Made by a program: the position numbers and the translations under genes. The notes under the pieces are model-generated. The model had not been told where the DNA came from. It saw only the letters and a list, made by a program, of their open reading frames with translations, and did no database searches. 64,000 nt of DNA from Epiperipatus broadwayi (Eukaryota > Animalia > Onychophora), in NCBI GenBank assembly GCA_028023455.1, contig JAQFVV010000006.1, positions 6,200,001 to 6,264,000 of the forward strand. Direction: 5' to 3'. Of the stretch, positions 38,521-50,979 are shown piece by piece (positions within the stretch are counted from its first letter, which is position 1; every line of letters starts with the position of its first letter).

Positions 38521-41299
38521 TGTGATTGAACTCATTACATCATTAAATTCATAAATACTCCATGCAATCTGAAGATGCCAGAAATAATTCTCAATTTAAT
38601 AATACAATTATAAAAAATAACTTTTCTTGGATTAACTGGAATTCTCATTTTTCTGATGACAGTCCTTGAATGGCATATGACAACTCAACAAATGTACCAT
38701 ATGCTTAAAAATTAATCCCATGTTACTAGAAAAAATAATATAAACTTTTTCACCAGCTATGATGTTATATTGCACTGGAATGCAATTGGGGTTCACTCTT
38801 TTATTTTTGGCTATCAGTTGATAGCAAAAATTATAACTTAAATATGTTTGCCTAATATTAATTCTAACTAAAAATAGCTAGATGTCAGCACACATCTGTG
38901 AAAAACCAAGTTTAAAAAGAAGCCACAGTGCATCACATCACATCACAAGTTAAAGAAATATTGTTGCTGCTTTACAAATAGGTATTCATTGCCCCTGGTA
39001 ATTTCAGCTTTTAGAAAATTGATATTGATTTTAAGAATTTAAAATATGCAACTTAACATATAAGTTACTTATTTTATTTGTGTAAAATTAAATATTTGTT
39101 TCTTAGTAAGTGGAGGATATTCATCCAGTTTTTATTTGAAAATACTTGGCTTTTAAGTAGTAATGTAGTGAATGTTTTTATCGTAAACAGGAAATATCTA
39201 TTGTTAAATAAAAGATATCCACTTGTAGCAATGTGACCATTATTTTTTGCTTTTTATAATTATTAGTGGAATTTTTCATATTTTAAAGAACAATTTTGTT
39301 GGTTGAATATATACTTTACCAAAATTTATTTTATTGATAGAAATTTTATGGAGATTTTTCTCCATTAAAATATTTTTGCCAGGAAGGCTAAAAATAAAGT
39401 CTTTTATTTGACTATTTATTTCTGTTCATTATTCTTATTGTTTATTTGCAATGTTGATATATTATTTTTTAAGATGACTTTTTACATTTAAACTTACACT
39501 TTCAATAAATGAAATTCAAAAATGTAAACAGATAATGAAAAGGAAAAAGAAAAAAACAATTGCTCATTGTGGTAGCAGACAATGGTCGATTAAAAAATTA
39601 AAATAAACAATAGAACAGTACTTAAGTAATTATTCTTTTATATATTGTGAAATTCCAAATGATTTATTATTCTGTTTATTTGTTATTTTGCTATGCTCTC
39701 ACCTAACTTTCTGAAAGATGTCAACACCTTGTTGAATTGTATCTCTCCATTACATTCTAACATCAGCTTCATCTTCCCAATAAAAACCATAAATATTGCA
39801 TTTCTTCAGAATATCTTTGCTATAAAACTTATTGTATTAACTATATAAAGAAGAACGTATCAAAAGGAAAGAGAAATAATATATACACATTGAAAGCAGT
39901 GAAAAAAAATCAAATTATAAAGCAAAAAAACCAATATAAAGTCAACTGAGGATTTATTGTTTGGGAATTCATAAGCAGATTCAGTGTCAGATATACCAGT
40001 ACTGGAACTGATCTGAGTCAAATATTAACATTCAATCACTGTATTTAATCGTGCAGAAAACAATAATCTAATAACTTGAGAACACGCTCTATAGTTACAA
40101 CTTGTGCTAATGTTGATAATTATGGCCCTATTGAATATACATGCATTGATACATAATACTGGACATATTTAACAGTGGATATACTAATATAATTTAATGT
40201 CTAAAGGCCATAGCTATGTAAAAACAGAGCATGTGTGCTTCCAGCAGGGTACAATCTTTTATTTAATTATGATTGTACATAAATCATTACAAATAATTAA
40301 AACTAAGTAATCAAACAGTTTACTGGTTAAAACAATTGATAAGTTTAAACACAAGAAATGCAGAGCTGGAATACAATTTATGGATCTTGATCTAGAGTTT
40401 GCTGCTCTTCCATTATCTAAACTATGTGCAGCTTTAGAAATAATATATCTCCCATATTAGAATGATCACTCAGGATGTTATGTCACATTCGAAGGTTGAA
40501 AGTTACAGCTAATCTACATGACAGAGACCTTTTGCTCTTGAGTGCACCACACTGCCACTTAACTAAACCACTCAAGGCCATAAAAGAAATGGTTTTTTAT
40601 TTCACAAATATTGATTATTTTTTGTTTTGTAACTACTCTTGGAAAGAATCAAATAGCATTCACAGGTTGTTCCACAGAAGATGGGCTGTGAACTTTTTTT
40701 TCTGCTCTCGCTTACTTAACAAGTGCATAGCCTCATTTTTAAAAAGCTTACTACAGATCAAATGCCTCTCCAATGGCCTCTCATAGAGGAATAGTAAAGG
40801 CAATTCTCAGCAGGTGTTGCAATTTGTGTGCATAAAAATTTGAATGATTTTCCAATTTCATTTACCTTTTAGCTAAAAACCTGATAGACATCCATTTTCT
40901 AACTGAATGATTCACTAGGTAGCTTTAGGGTAAGTATCTGGGAGAAAAATCCTAGGTCTCTATAAAAAAATATTTTACTTGGTACAGATTTGAACCCCAA
41001 ATCATAAGAATATTGGTTGGATGCACTACCTCTGTACCATATAGGCCTCTTCTTTACTCTTAGTACTTTATTTCAGAACCCACTGAACATAAAAACAAAT
41101 TTGCCAAAAACATTTATTAATATAATTTTTTATCAATTTATGGAAATATTTATAAAATTTAACAACAAGCATTGTTGTTGTGTTATGTGTAGATCAAAAA
41201 TGCATGTTGATTAAACTGAATCTAACAGAATAATAACATAATGTTATTGCATTGTTCAGGATAGCAGTGTACATGTTTCCTTTACCACCTTTTTGCCAC

Positions 41300-41610
41300 C
41301 TGCTATATGCTGTAATTACTACTAGATGCCAAATAATAGTGCTTAAAAAATCCAGATCCTGTGCTGTCCTACTAACAATCCTCAGACTAGCTTTAAGCTT
41401 ATGATTTTCATTAGTGAGAAGCTTCGGATCTTGAAACAATGCATGTGGATCTTTAGGATCTAATTTACCTTCTCTCTGGTAATCATGATAAAAGTCTAAA
41501 CTTAGGAGAACTAGTCCGAAGTACTGGTCAGGATAACACCGGATAAGGATTTATTAAGTACTGGCATCTATTAGTTACCAAAGTTTACAGTAGGTGGCAC
41601 ATCTGTGGTC
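41300..41610. mobile_element. Decayed hammerhead family B element
   Basis: Minus ~41378-41422 reads TTCTCA CTAATGA AAATCATAAGCTT AAAG CTAGT C TGAGGA. Family B 3' end (GGCATCTATT..TAGGTGGCAC) at 41560-41600. Confidence 0.55.
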
Positions 41611-42057
41611 AAAGAAAAAGAATATGCTATTAAAACAGTATATCTTGGAAAAAAGTTGTGTTTTATTGTTCAGGATAGTGTAGTGGTAGAACGATGGACT
41701 TGGAAAGTAAAGATTTGTGAGTCAATGTCTAGCCTGTTCCTTTGGATGTTTTCTAGCCACATGATCTCCAAACAAATAGCCTTTGAAGGTTTATTTTTAA
41801 TGACTTGCTTGAATTACAATTTTATTGCTTTTTCCGAATTACTTTTACTTAGCTTTTAATATGAATAAGTGTAAAACATAAGGTATAGGTGGCGCTGCAG
41901 CTTTTGCAATGTGGGATTGTTAAAATGAGGTAAAAGTAATTAGTAATAAATTCTAAAACAATAAAACTACTAAAATGTTTCTGTCCTGTATAGTCCTGTG
42001 CATTAGTAGAGCTGTAGATTCTGAACTTTAAAGTCAATGGACCTTGCCCAGCCTTAT

Positions 42058-42149
42058 CACTTCCGGCATTTAAACGTCTTAAGAACTCCTTAGCAATAAA
42101 GGTACTCTATTATTTTTTCTAGTATAGTTTAACACAATGGTCGCCATTT
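42058..42149. promoter_or_regulatory. Promoter-like patch (ETS plus YY1 motifs)
   Basis: CACTTCCGGC at 42058-42067 and GTCGCCATTT at 42140-42149. Confidence 0.35.
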
Positions 42150-43266
42150 GCTGACGCTTGAACTTTTCATGAACTTATTAAAACCACTCTGCTATTTATA
42201 ATACTTACATGTAAAATCAGAGTCTTTTCAAAATTTAATTGCATTAAAAGTGTAATTAAAATCTCTTTATTTTTTTTCAGCATCTTAGATCTATTAATAT
42301 ATTTCCTTTTTTTTTTTAAGTTCTTTTTTTTCATTCAACCATCATATTAAAAAATAAATTAGAAAATGTTTAACTAAAAACCTTTTTTTTCCTCTACTAT
42401 TTGAAGCAAAAACTATTCCTTCTGACATAGACTTATTTAAATTCCTAAGACTTTTGATAAAATGGCAACACTCTAAAATCCTTCAGGGTTTAAAAGCTCT
42501 CTTCTTTTTTTTTTTACTTTTCTGTTTTAATTTATAGAAGGAAAAAAGAGGGGGAAACATTTCATACATTCAATTTCAGTTAAGGAATTGTCAATAAGAA
42601 ACTGAGAAATCTTCCAATTTACTTCGTCATTCGTAACAATTTTAAATTCATTTCAGAATTAGATAAATACTAGAGGGTCCCTGCTGAAGGCTTACAAATT
42701 GCTAATTTCTTTACTCAGCTTTAAAAAACTTAATTGCATAATTTTTACGAGAGAAATGTTTTAAACTTAATTTTAAAATTATATAAATTTTAACATGTAG
42801 AATTGATATTTTAAAAAAAAATGGTAGATAAAAAGTTTCCTAATAAATAACGTTAGCACTAAATCTTGTTCGCTAGGGGTCACTGTGAAGCATTTTGAAT
42901 TGTTATAAGCTTACAAAAAGTTTCTTTTATTCAGCTTTAAAAAATTTAATTTAGTATTTAGTGTAACATCATAATAACTCAGATCGTCTATATAAAAGCA
43001 TATTTATGAAAAATTAAAAACTCACAATACATAAATAACATTACCATCTTTTGTTAATAGTATATATTCCTAGTTTTTATTAATTAAATAAAGTTTTTAA
43101 TTAATGCATGGTATACCCTGCTTCAATTTATCTTTTTTATCTATATGTTATACAATTCACTTCTACATCTTGCAAAATAGGAAGCAGTAATAAATAACAC
43201 ATAAAATTCAAAGGATGTTACTTCTTGAATTTATTCTACTTTAAACAACTTCCTATTCACAGAGGC

Positions 43267-43500
43267 TAAACTCTCCATACAGTAGCGCCACCAGTGCAAG
43301 CCAGAATAATCAATGAATGCAAGAAGTTTTTTGCATAAAATCCCTATCTAATGTCTACTCATCCAATATCCCCAGACTAGTTTCTAGCTTGTGGCTTTTA
43401 TCAGTGAGGAGCCTTGGATCTGAGAGCACTGCACCCAGATATTCTTGCATTCATCGATTACTTTGGCTTGCGTTGGTGGTGCTACAGTGAGGAGAGTTTA
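43267..43500. mobile_element. Hammerhead family B element with ~55-bp inverted ends
   Basis: 43267-43325 is inverted against 43441-43500. Minus 43369-43410 reads TCCTCA CTGATAA AAGC CACAA GCTA GAAA CTAGT C TGGGGA (G8 lost). Confidence 0.85.
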
Positions 43501-43786
43501 ACTTCTGTGTAAACATAAGAAATGTGATCGTGCGATGTTTAATGATCTTCCTATTAGTTTCAGATTGCATGTCCAAAGGTTGCAGTTGGTGAAAGATTAT
43601 GAAAATAGACAATAAATATGAAAATCGATTATAAAAAATACAATAAGTAAATAAGAAATGATAAGACTTTAATATTAAAGTGAAATTATTTTTAAAAATA
43701 TTGGAGTGAAGTTAACTACGCCAAACTTCTCAAGGTAAAAGAAAATGCTAATAGATTTATTGTTTAGAAATTCATAAAATGTTTAA

Positions 43787-44335
43787 GCACCAGAACTGTA
43801 AATGGCAGAATCAATCCTGAGACCTCTTGGTCCCTAGTTGGATGCTCTACCATCTGCACAAACTGCAAGCACCAGAATTGATTGTGTGTGAGATCTGCTG
43901 ATCTCAAGTTGGCTGCTCTACCATCTGCACAAACTGCAAGCACCAGAATTGATTACGAGACCTGCCAATCCCAAGTTGGATGCTCTACCATCTGCACAAA
44001 CTGCAAGCACCAGAATTGATTGTGAGACCTGCCGATCCCAAGTTGGATGCTCTACCATCTGCACAAACTGCAAGCACCAGAATTGATTGTGAGACCTGCC
44101 AATCCCAAATCGGGTGCTCTACCATCTGTGTAAACTGCAAGCACCAGAAGTGATTGTGAGACCTGCCAATCCCAAGTCAGATGCTCTATCATCTGTGCAA
44201 ACTATAAGTACCAGAATTGATTGTGAGACCTGTCAATCCCAAATTGGGTGCTCTACCATCTGCACAAATTACAAGCACCAGAATTGATTGTGAGACCTGC
44301 CGATCCCAAGTTGGGTGCTCTACAAACTGTGCTAA
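43787..44335 (-). repeat. Tandem array of about 8 units of 67 bp, tRNA/SINE-head-like
   Basis: Unit starts at 43864, 43935, 44002, 44069, 44136, 44203, 44270. Minus unit contains GTGCAGATGGTAGAGC, CCAA CTTGGGA TTGG and AGGTC. Confidence 0.9.
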
Positions 44336-44962
44336 ACCATGTAAGGATATATAAATAAGTGGTAATAAATTAAAAGGTTTGAGTACGCAAATGTTGAGCT
44401 TAGCACTATATGAGAACTACCTCTATGCATATAAATAGTCTCCCTCCCCCATATTTATATTCTCAATATATAACATTTTAATATCCTACAATTTAATATA
44501 TATATATTAAATGAAAAATTAGAAATCATGATATAATAAAATATTAATTTTCTAAATATTACTTTTTTTAAATTCATAATGCAAACACTGGTGAAATTGT
44601 CAGAAAATATCCAATAAATGCCTCTGTTACTTTTTCAAGTACAGCATGTGGGATTTTACAAATTAAACATTACTTAGGCAGTATGTATCTTTAATAATTA
44701 CCCAATAATTTTCATCATAAGAGCAGTAAAAATGATACAAAAGTATGTTTTAAAAGAGAAAAATTTTGTCACTGGTATGCAAGTTTTGTATATTTTTTAA
44801 AATTTATGCAGTATTCTTTTTTTATGATTATTACTGCTTTTGATTTATAATATATGTAATTTTTAAATTTGCTTACAACCTAAGCAGAAATTAGTTAAAT
44901 TATAGCTAACATGGCATACAAATTTTAATTCAAAATTGAAAATTGGGATGGTGTTAAATAAA

Positions 44963-45003
44963 ACTGCTGATGACAACAGATTATTGCCAGAAATATGTCC
45001 AGT
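44963..45003 (+). ncRNA. Orphan hammerhead-like motif with damaged stem II
   Basis: ACTG CTGATGA CAACAGATTATTGCCA GAAA TATGT C CAGT. Perfect 4-bp stem I and GUC triplet. Stem II does not close at 10.1/11.1. Confidence 0.4.
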
Positions 45004-46010
45004 AGAAATTGGTCAATTCTTTTTCATTAAACATTGTTGCTTGAAAAATTGTGAAAAAAAAATCATAAAGACATAAATTAAAATAAAGGTATTAGATGCA
45101 TAGGTATGTATTTAATGTATATATACCTTTAAAAATATCAACATTATATATATATATATATATTAAGTAGGAGTTACTATTCATGAATTTTAGTAACCAA
45201 AGAATATTAATAATGAAAGCCTACCGTATAAAAATGTCAGTTTAGGTATAAATTTGTCTGATATAAAAAGCACAATTTCAAAAATTAATTTATAGTTTTA
45301 AAAAATAAAGATGAGGAAAGAGTCTGTTGAACAGGTACTATTTATTGGTAATTATTTATATATATATATATATATATATTATAGGTTTTTTTAAGATTTT
45401 GTTTTTTTAATCTTTCTGAAGTTTTTTATCTTTCTTTAATCCTCTCCCTAAAAACAAATAGATATTTATCATTCAATAAATAATGGCTTAACAGCTTGGG
45501 AATTCATAAGAAGTTCTAAGGCCTATCTGGACCATGATGCATGCACCTTGAGCTTCAGTCTGTTACTTTACCTCAAACCATGCAAGATGACAATTAATGT
45601 ACCAACTCATCCACCTGAGTGCACTTATATTAAGATGATATTATAGTTCTGTTGCTTTGCTTTACTCACCTTCTGCAACCTTTAGCATTATATTCGCATG
45701 TTTAGACTCATTTAACGGTAAAACTTAGTATCAATAGTTCAAAAAATCTCAAGATCTCAATAGTTAACAGAGTAGTCTAAAAGAAAACTTAAAAAGAGCT
45801 TTCAAGGCTCTGATTGGACAATTCTTTGATGTTTGAGCATATCAACAAGCTTGTAAATTCCCATGCTATTGCTATTTATGAACAGAGGGGGAAATGCATT
45901 ATTTCTGTTGATTTAAATACTTATGAATATTTATACAAAATATTTATGTAATAATTATTGAAAAAGGAATATATTTATGTTTTCACTTGTTTTTTTTTTT
46001 TTGAAATATA

Positions 46011-46191
46011 AACAATGAGAGTTGCCAATTCCTCTACAAGCTTTATGATAAATGCTTAGCCAGAGCCAGCACTTAAAATATCTCTGTCAGAACCCCCCCC
46101 CAACCCCTGACCATGGTTTCGTGCTTTGGAACTCCTCAGAGAGGTGTCAGGGTAGGTTCAGACACTAGAGGAATTGGCAATCCTCATTGTT
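46011..46191. mobile_element. 181-bp element with ~26-bp inverted ends and a hammerhead (family F)
   Basis: AACAATGAGAGTTGCCAATTCCTCTA is inverted against TAGAGGAATTGGCAATCCTCATTGTT. Confidence 0.8.
46104..46144 (-). ncRNA. Minimal type I hammerhead motif, 8-nt palindromic stem III
   Basis: Minus: CCTCT CTGAGGA GTTC CAAA GCAC GAAA CCATGGT C AGGGG. All core bases present, one stem II mismatch. Confidence 0.75.
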
Positions 46192-47109
46192 TATAACTTA
46201 CAAGCTTAAGAGATAGGGTCATATGATCTATGACTCTTATTTTGACTATTTTTTGAAATATGTTTCATTTTTAAAAACAGAAATTAAGAAAATCAAAATA
46301 ACAATAAAAAAGGAACTATGTTCATTCCACGCTATCAAGTGCTATCAATGAGAGTCATACAAAATTCTTATGATATTCTGATAATTATATTTCATAACAT
46401 GATTTCATAAGGCTATCATGATGTAATAAAATTTGTTCTTGTTTTATAAATATGTATGTTGAAGATCATTTATTTTTTTCATATGTGTGTCGTCATGGGT
46501 ATTGGGTGTATGAGATGGAAATAGCTGAAGGGAGCTTAAAAGTCTATGTTCAAATCCCTTACAATTACATCTAAAAGTACAGGTATATAAAGTATACCTG
46601 TATTTTAATATAATCAAATTCAAATAACAAAGATTTCATTGATTTATTTTTAATAATAATGTTAAGCAATCAGCCAAAAAATGAAAACCTCTAAGGTTCT
46701 CTGTTACGACTTTCACTTCATAATTTATTTATTTTTTGATAAAGTTCAAATATGACTTTTATGATTATTTTTTTTTTGTAAAATTAAATTTCTAACAAAT
46801 CAAGCCCAATATGTTGAATTCTCATACAAAATAAAAAGTTAAACATTAAAATCAAAGGTTGAATGTTGACAAAAAGCGCCATCTAGTAAACTAATGGAAA
46901 TATCACCCTATCAAAAGGTTAATAATTGACAGTTAGTAGAACTTGCTATAAGCCAGCTATCAAAAAGAAAATCCTATACCTGATTAGAAACCTGAAAAAA
47001 AAAAAGTTTTATCTGATATTGATTTGAACACAGAATAGGTAAATAGGCGCTATTTCTTATTAGATTATAAGATTTGAAATACTGACATTTTATACTTGGA
47101 ACTTAATTG

Positions 47110-47320
47110 TAAATATAGGACATTTGAACTGAGCACTGATTATATATATATATGTTTGGGAGATGATAATCTGGACATACTGATGAGTGCTGGTTCAGCC
47201 TAAAATACGTATATTGCTGATTATCTTTTCTACATGTGTGTAGGCAGGCGTGTGTATCAGTAGTATGAGATAGTGTGGATAGCTGAAGGTTATTTGAATG
47301 TCCGAGTTCAAATCCCCTAT
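47110..47320 (+). mobile_element. Hammerhead family A1 single copy (G12 lost)
   Basis: CTGATGA GTGCTG GTT CAGCCT AAAA TACGTAT A TTGC, with palindrome ATACGTAT. Ends GAGTTCAAATCCCCTATAT. Confidence 0.8.
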
Positions 47321-48110
47321 ATTTATTAGATTATAATAACATAGATTTACATGATGTAAATATAAGTACTTACATGATATTAGATGTATTAAATGATATT
47401 ATCTATATATTTACTTGATATTATCTGCATATTTAACAAACATTCAGTCATTTAAATTTTTGATAAGTCTTCAAGATATATTATTTATATAAGAGGGTGT
47501 GTTTAACAATGTTAATTTTTAAAATATCAGAAAATTAAAACAAAAAAGATTTAATTAATAATAACAACAACAAAATGTTTTCATTGCAAATTTAATTATT
47601 GTCAACATAATAATTCCAATTTACATTTTAATTTTTGGAAATTAAAGATAAAAAGTTGTGACCTGACTAATGGCGCCACCTAACATTTATAAATATATAT
47701 TACCGGTATCATGACATTATTAATTTATCAAAAGTACGAAAAATAAACTATCAAATTAGGATGCGAAAAATAAATTATTACAGTGCTTTTGAACTTTTAC
47801 CCTATTAAAAACAAGTCTTAAATATGATCATAATGTGACGATCCGTTTTTCTTTTAAGAAAGAAAAAATAAATATTTCATGAAAAAGAAGATGGAGAAAT
47901 AAAACTAATCACAACACATTTTTATTATAATCTTTCTGCAGATTTTATTTCTCCTTAATATAATTAAATAGTTTTGTTTTTTTTTCATGTCAATAAATCA
48001 TTCATTTACTACTTTGCAACAAAAAGAAGAAAAATTAAATTTATCTAAAAGTGAAATATAGATAAAGTTTGTACTCCTTTATTTTTTATTTCAAAATTTA
48101 AAAATAAATA

Positions 48111-48207
48111 TCAAGCGTTGGTGGCCGAGTGGTTAGCACAGCTGCCTTACAAGCGGTTGTTCCGGGGTTCGCTTCCCGGCCGATGCTTCGACATGTGGAA
48201 AAAACTT
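48111..48207 (+). mobile_element. tRNA-Gly-derived SINE (TAC), full cloverleaf-like head, 10-bp TSD
   Basis: tRNA-like 48115-48187, anticodon TAC at 48148-48150, T-loop TTCGCTT (A58 replaced by C). AAAATAAATA at 48101-48110 and 48208-48217. Confidence 0.85.
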
Positions 48208-48329
48208 AAAATAAATAAACCAATCGAACGCCGAAAGTGACAAAGTTTAGATTCCATTGGAGGGGGAGGTAGTCTATAACTGTACAACTGGCACTAAAAC
48301 AAACAAGACTAAAAGTAGTGGTAACTTTT

Positions 48330-48665
48330 AGGTTAATACCATATCTCTCCCACTGGTGGTAATTGGAATACCCATATGTAGTACCGAAGGTAAAAGAAAT
48401 ACCACATTTCTCCCACCACTCATGACTGAAATATTCCATCTCTCCTAATGCTAGTTACTAGATCAACCCATCCATGTCATTGTTGATGACTGGAGTATGA
48501 CATCTTTCAACCATTGGTGATACATCTACCACTTTTGGTGACTGAAATACCACACTTCTGTCATTGTTGGGAGTGGAATATCACATCTCTTCTATCGCTG
48601 GTGACTGAAATCCTGCATCTTTCCTATTGTTGGTGACTGGAATACTATACCTCTTTTACTGTTGG
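48330..48665. repeat. Degenerate ~32-bp minisatellite
   Basis: GTGACTG(A/G)AAT.CC.CATCT.TC..ATTGTTG-like units. Anchors at 48538, ~48570, 48601 and 48633. Confidence 0.65.
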
Positions 48666-48690
48666 TCATTGCATAATTACAATATTATTT

Positions 48691-49105
48691 ATAATATTAA
48701 TATCATCTATATTCTTTATTACTTTTTACAATACTTTTTTACAATCCACTATTGACACTTTAGATTGCCCCAGCAATCTTCTTCAAGACTATAACAAACT
48801 CATTACAAATACATGAATACAAATATATATAAACATATAATTTTACACTTTATATATATTCTATCTTATAATCATTATTTATATACCCATATATATCTTT
48901 ATATTATAAGATAGACTATATATAAAATGTAAAATTATATGTTCATGTATATTTGTATTCATGTATTTGTATTATGTTTGTTAAAGTTCTGAAGAAGATT
49001 TCCAGGGCAATCAAAACTGTCAGTAGTGGATTGTAAAAAAGTATTGTAAAAAGTAATAAAGAATATAGATGATATTAATATTATATGGATTTGGAAATGC
49101 AATAA
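48691..49105. mobile_element. Hammerhead family C foldback
   Basis: Arms 48691-48872 and 48903-49085. Plus 48986-49024 reads CTGAAGA A GATT TCCAGGGC AATC AAAA CTGTC (G12 lost). The left-arm motif is more decayed. Confidence 0.85.
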
Positions 49106-49461
49106 GAAAGATAAAATTATAATACAATCATATTTGTTTGTTTTACAGGTAATACATCTTATAATCATTTAATTAGCCAGATTCATTTTAGATTCTTACT
49201 TTCTAATTAATAAAGCTTGATACCCATTTACTGATCTGTAATTGATGGCTGCTTGGATTTCTTATGAAAAACTACATGAAACAAAAATTTAACCTGCTGG
49301 TGATATATGAAAAAATTTTCCAAGTTAATCTAGCTTATATTCTAATGTAAACATATGGCATAGTAAAAAGTTGGTTCAATCTTTTACAACATACAGCTAC
49401 TAGAATAAAATGTAAATCTTAAAGCATTATATATTAATATATTCTCTATGTAGTAAATCTG

Positions 49462-49718
49462 CTCCTACTACAGAACTGCCACCTAGTGGAAGTTTGAGAA
49501 ATTAATAGATGCCTAATGGTAATGCTTAATAAATCTCTGTTCAGAGCTTTCCTGTTCATATCTCCAGATTAGCTGCTGGCCTATAATTTTCATCAATGAG
49601 GAAAAAGCAATGAGCTAGAAACTAGTCTGGGAATGCGGATGGCATAACACTGTATAATGATATATTAAACATTTATTAATTAGTCAAGCTTACACTAGAT
49701 GGCTAAATGGAATAGGAG
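49462..49718. mobile_element. Decayed family B foldback
   Basis: 49462-49512 is inverted against 49669-49718. GCTAGAAACTAGTCTGGGA at ~49613-49631. Confidence 0.55.
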
Positions 49719-50145
49719 AAATATATTTGCTGCATAAAAGTATTTGGTAATCTGGAGTCGTACAGTGTTTTGTAGATTTTGTTAGTATAAACTTAATCGT
49801 ATGGAAATAATTAATTGAAGGTTACCCTCTCAATCTGAAAATAAATTAGATGACCGATTATGGTGACCAGATATATGACATGGATAAAAGACTTTAAAAT
49901 GAAAGATGATTTCTACATAAACTCATGCAAGATTCTTTTAATTTCTTATATCTATAACTGGCAGCAGAATTAACTTAAACATGTATTTATTAATGGGAGT
50001 CAATAATCTATTCATCTAGACTGGATCATGCCAAAATTTATGAGTGGAATGTGTTAACATTTGTAAGGTTTATTATTAAACCACTAAACATCCACATGAT
50101 CACTATTTGTTATGGTTACATAAGCTGTTTAAACAGAGGTAAATT

Positions 50146-50345
50146 CTCCATACAGTAGTGCCATTCAGGGTAAGCCAGAATAATCAATGGGTGCAGAAAG
50201 GTTTGTGCATAAAATCCCTATCTTGTGCCTACTCATCCAATATCCTCAAACTAGTTTCTAGCTTGTGACTTTCATCAGTGAGGAGCTCTGGATCTGAGAG
50301 CATTGCACTTAGATCTTAGGATCTAATGCAACTCTCCAGCCACCT
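50146..50345 (-). mobile_element. Hammerhead family B single copy
   Basis: Colinear with 50600-50775 and 43270-43435. Confidence 0.85.
50243..50284 (-). ncRNA. Minimal type I hammerhead motif (family B), best-preserved copy
   Basis: Minus: TCCTCA CTGATGA AAGT CACAA GCTA GAAA CTAGT T TGAGGA. Perfect 6-bp stem I, ACUAGU palindrome, GUU triplet. Confidence 0.7.
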
Positions 50346-50599
50346 TTTACCTTATTAATTAACTATAAAGCTTTGAGTTCCAAATGAAAACACAATAATG
50401 TTTTACATTCAACCTCATTAGCTTGTATAATTGTATATATCTGAACTCAATTCAGCATCCATACTTTTTGGTGTCTTTGGTTCTTTAATAACCACAGTCA
50501 CATTATAATCCTATTGGGCAGGATTGGCATTAAACCCCTAAACATCACATGATTATCATTCCTTTTTCTTACTCAAGCTGTTTGTACAGACACAAAACA

Positions 50600-50979
50600 C
50601 TCCGTGCAGTAGCACCACTCAGTGGAAGCCAGAGTAATCAATGGATGCAGGAAGGTTTGTGCATAAAATACATATCTAGTGCCTACTCATCCAATATCCC
50701 CAGATTATGTTCTAGCTTGTGGCCTTCATCAGTGAGGAGCTTTGGATCTGAGAGCACTGCACATAGATCTAAGATAAAGATGGATGCTGGAGGGTTGCAT
50801 TAGATCCTAAGATTTATATGCAGTGCTCTCATATCCAAAGCTTCTTACTGATGAAAGCCACAAACTAAAAACTAGTCTGGAAATATTGGATGAGTAGGCA
50901 CTAGATAAGGATTTTATGCACAAACCTTCCTGCATCCATGGATTACTCTGGATTGCACTGAGTGCATTACTGTATGGAG
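50600..50979. mobile_element. Hammerhead family B foldback
   Basis: Arms ~50600-50774 and ~50804-50979. Decayed motifs at 50697-50738 (minus) and 50842-50883 (plus). Confidence 0.85.

Noticed and set aside
43787-44335. CRISPR-like array
   Set aside because: Units are contiguous with no unique spacers, the context is eukaryotic and there are no cas genes.
48115-48187. Functional tRNA-Val(TAC) gene
   Set aside because: The body is Gly-type, A58 is replaced by C, the D and T stems have mismatches, and it has an A tail and a TSD. It is a SINE copy.
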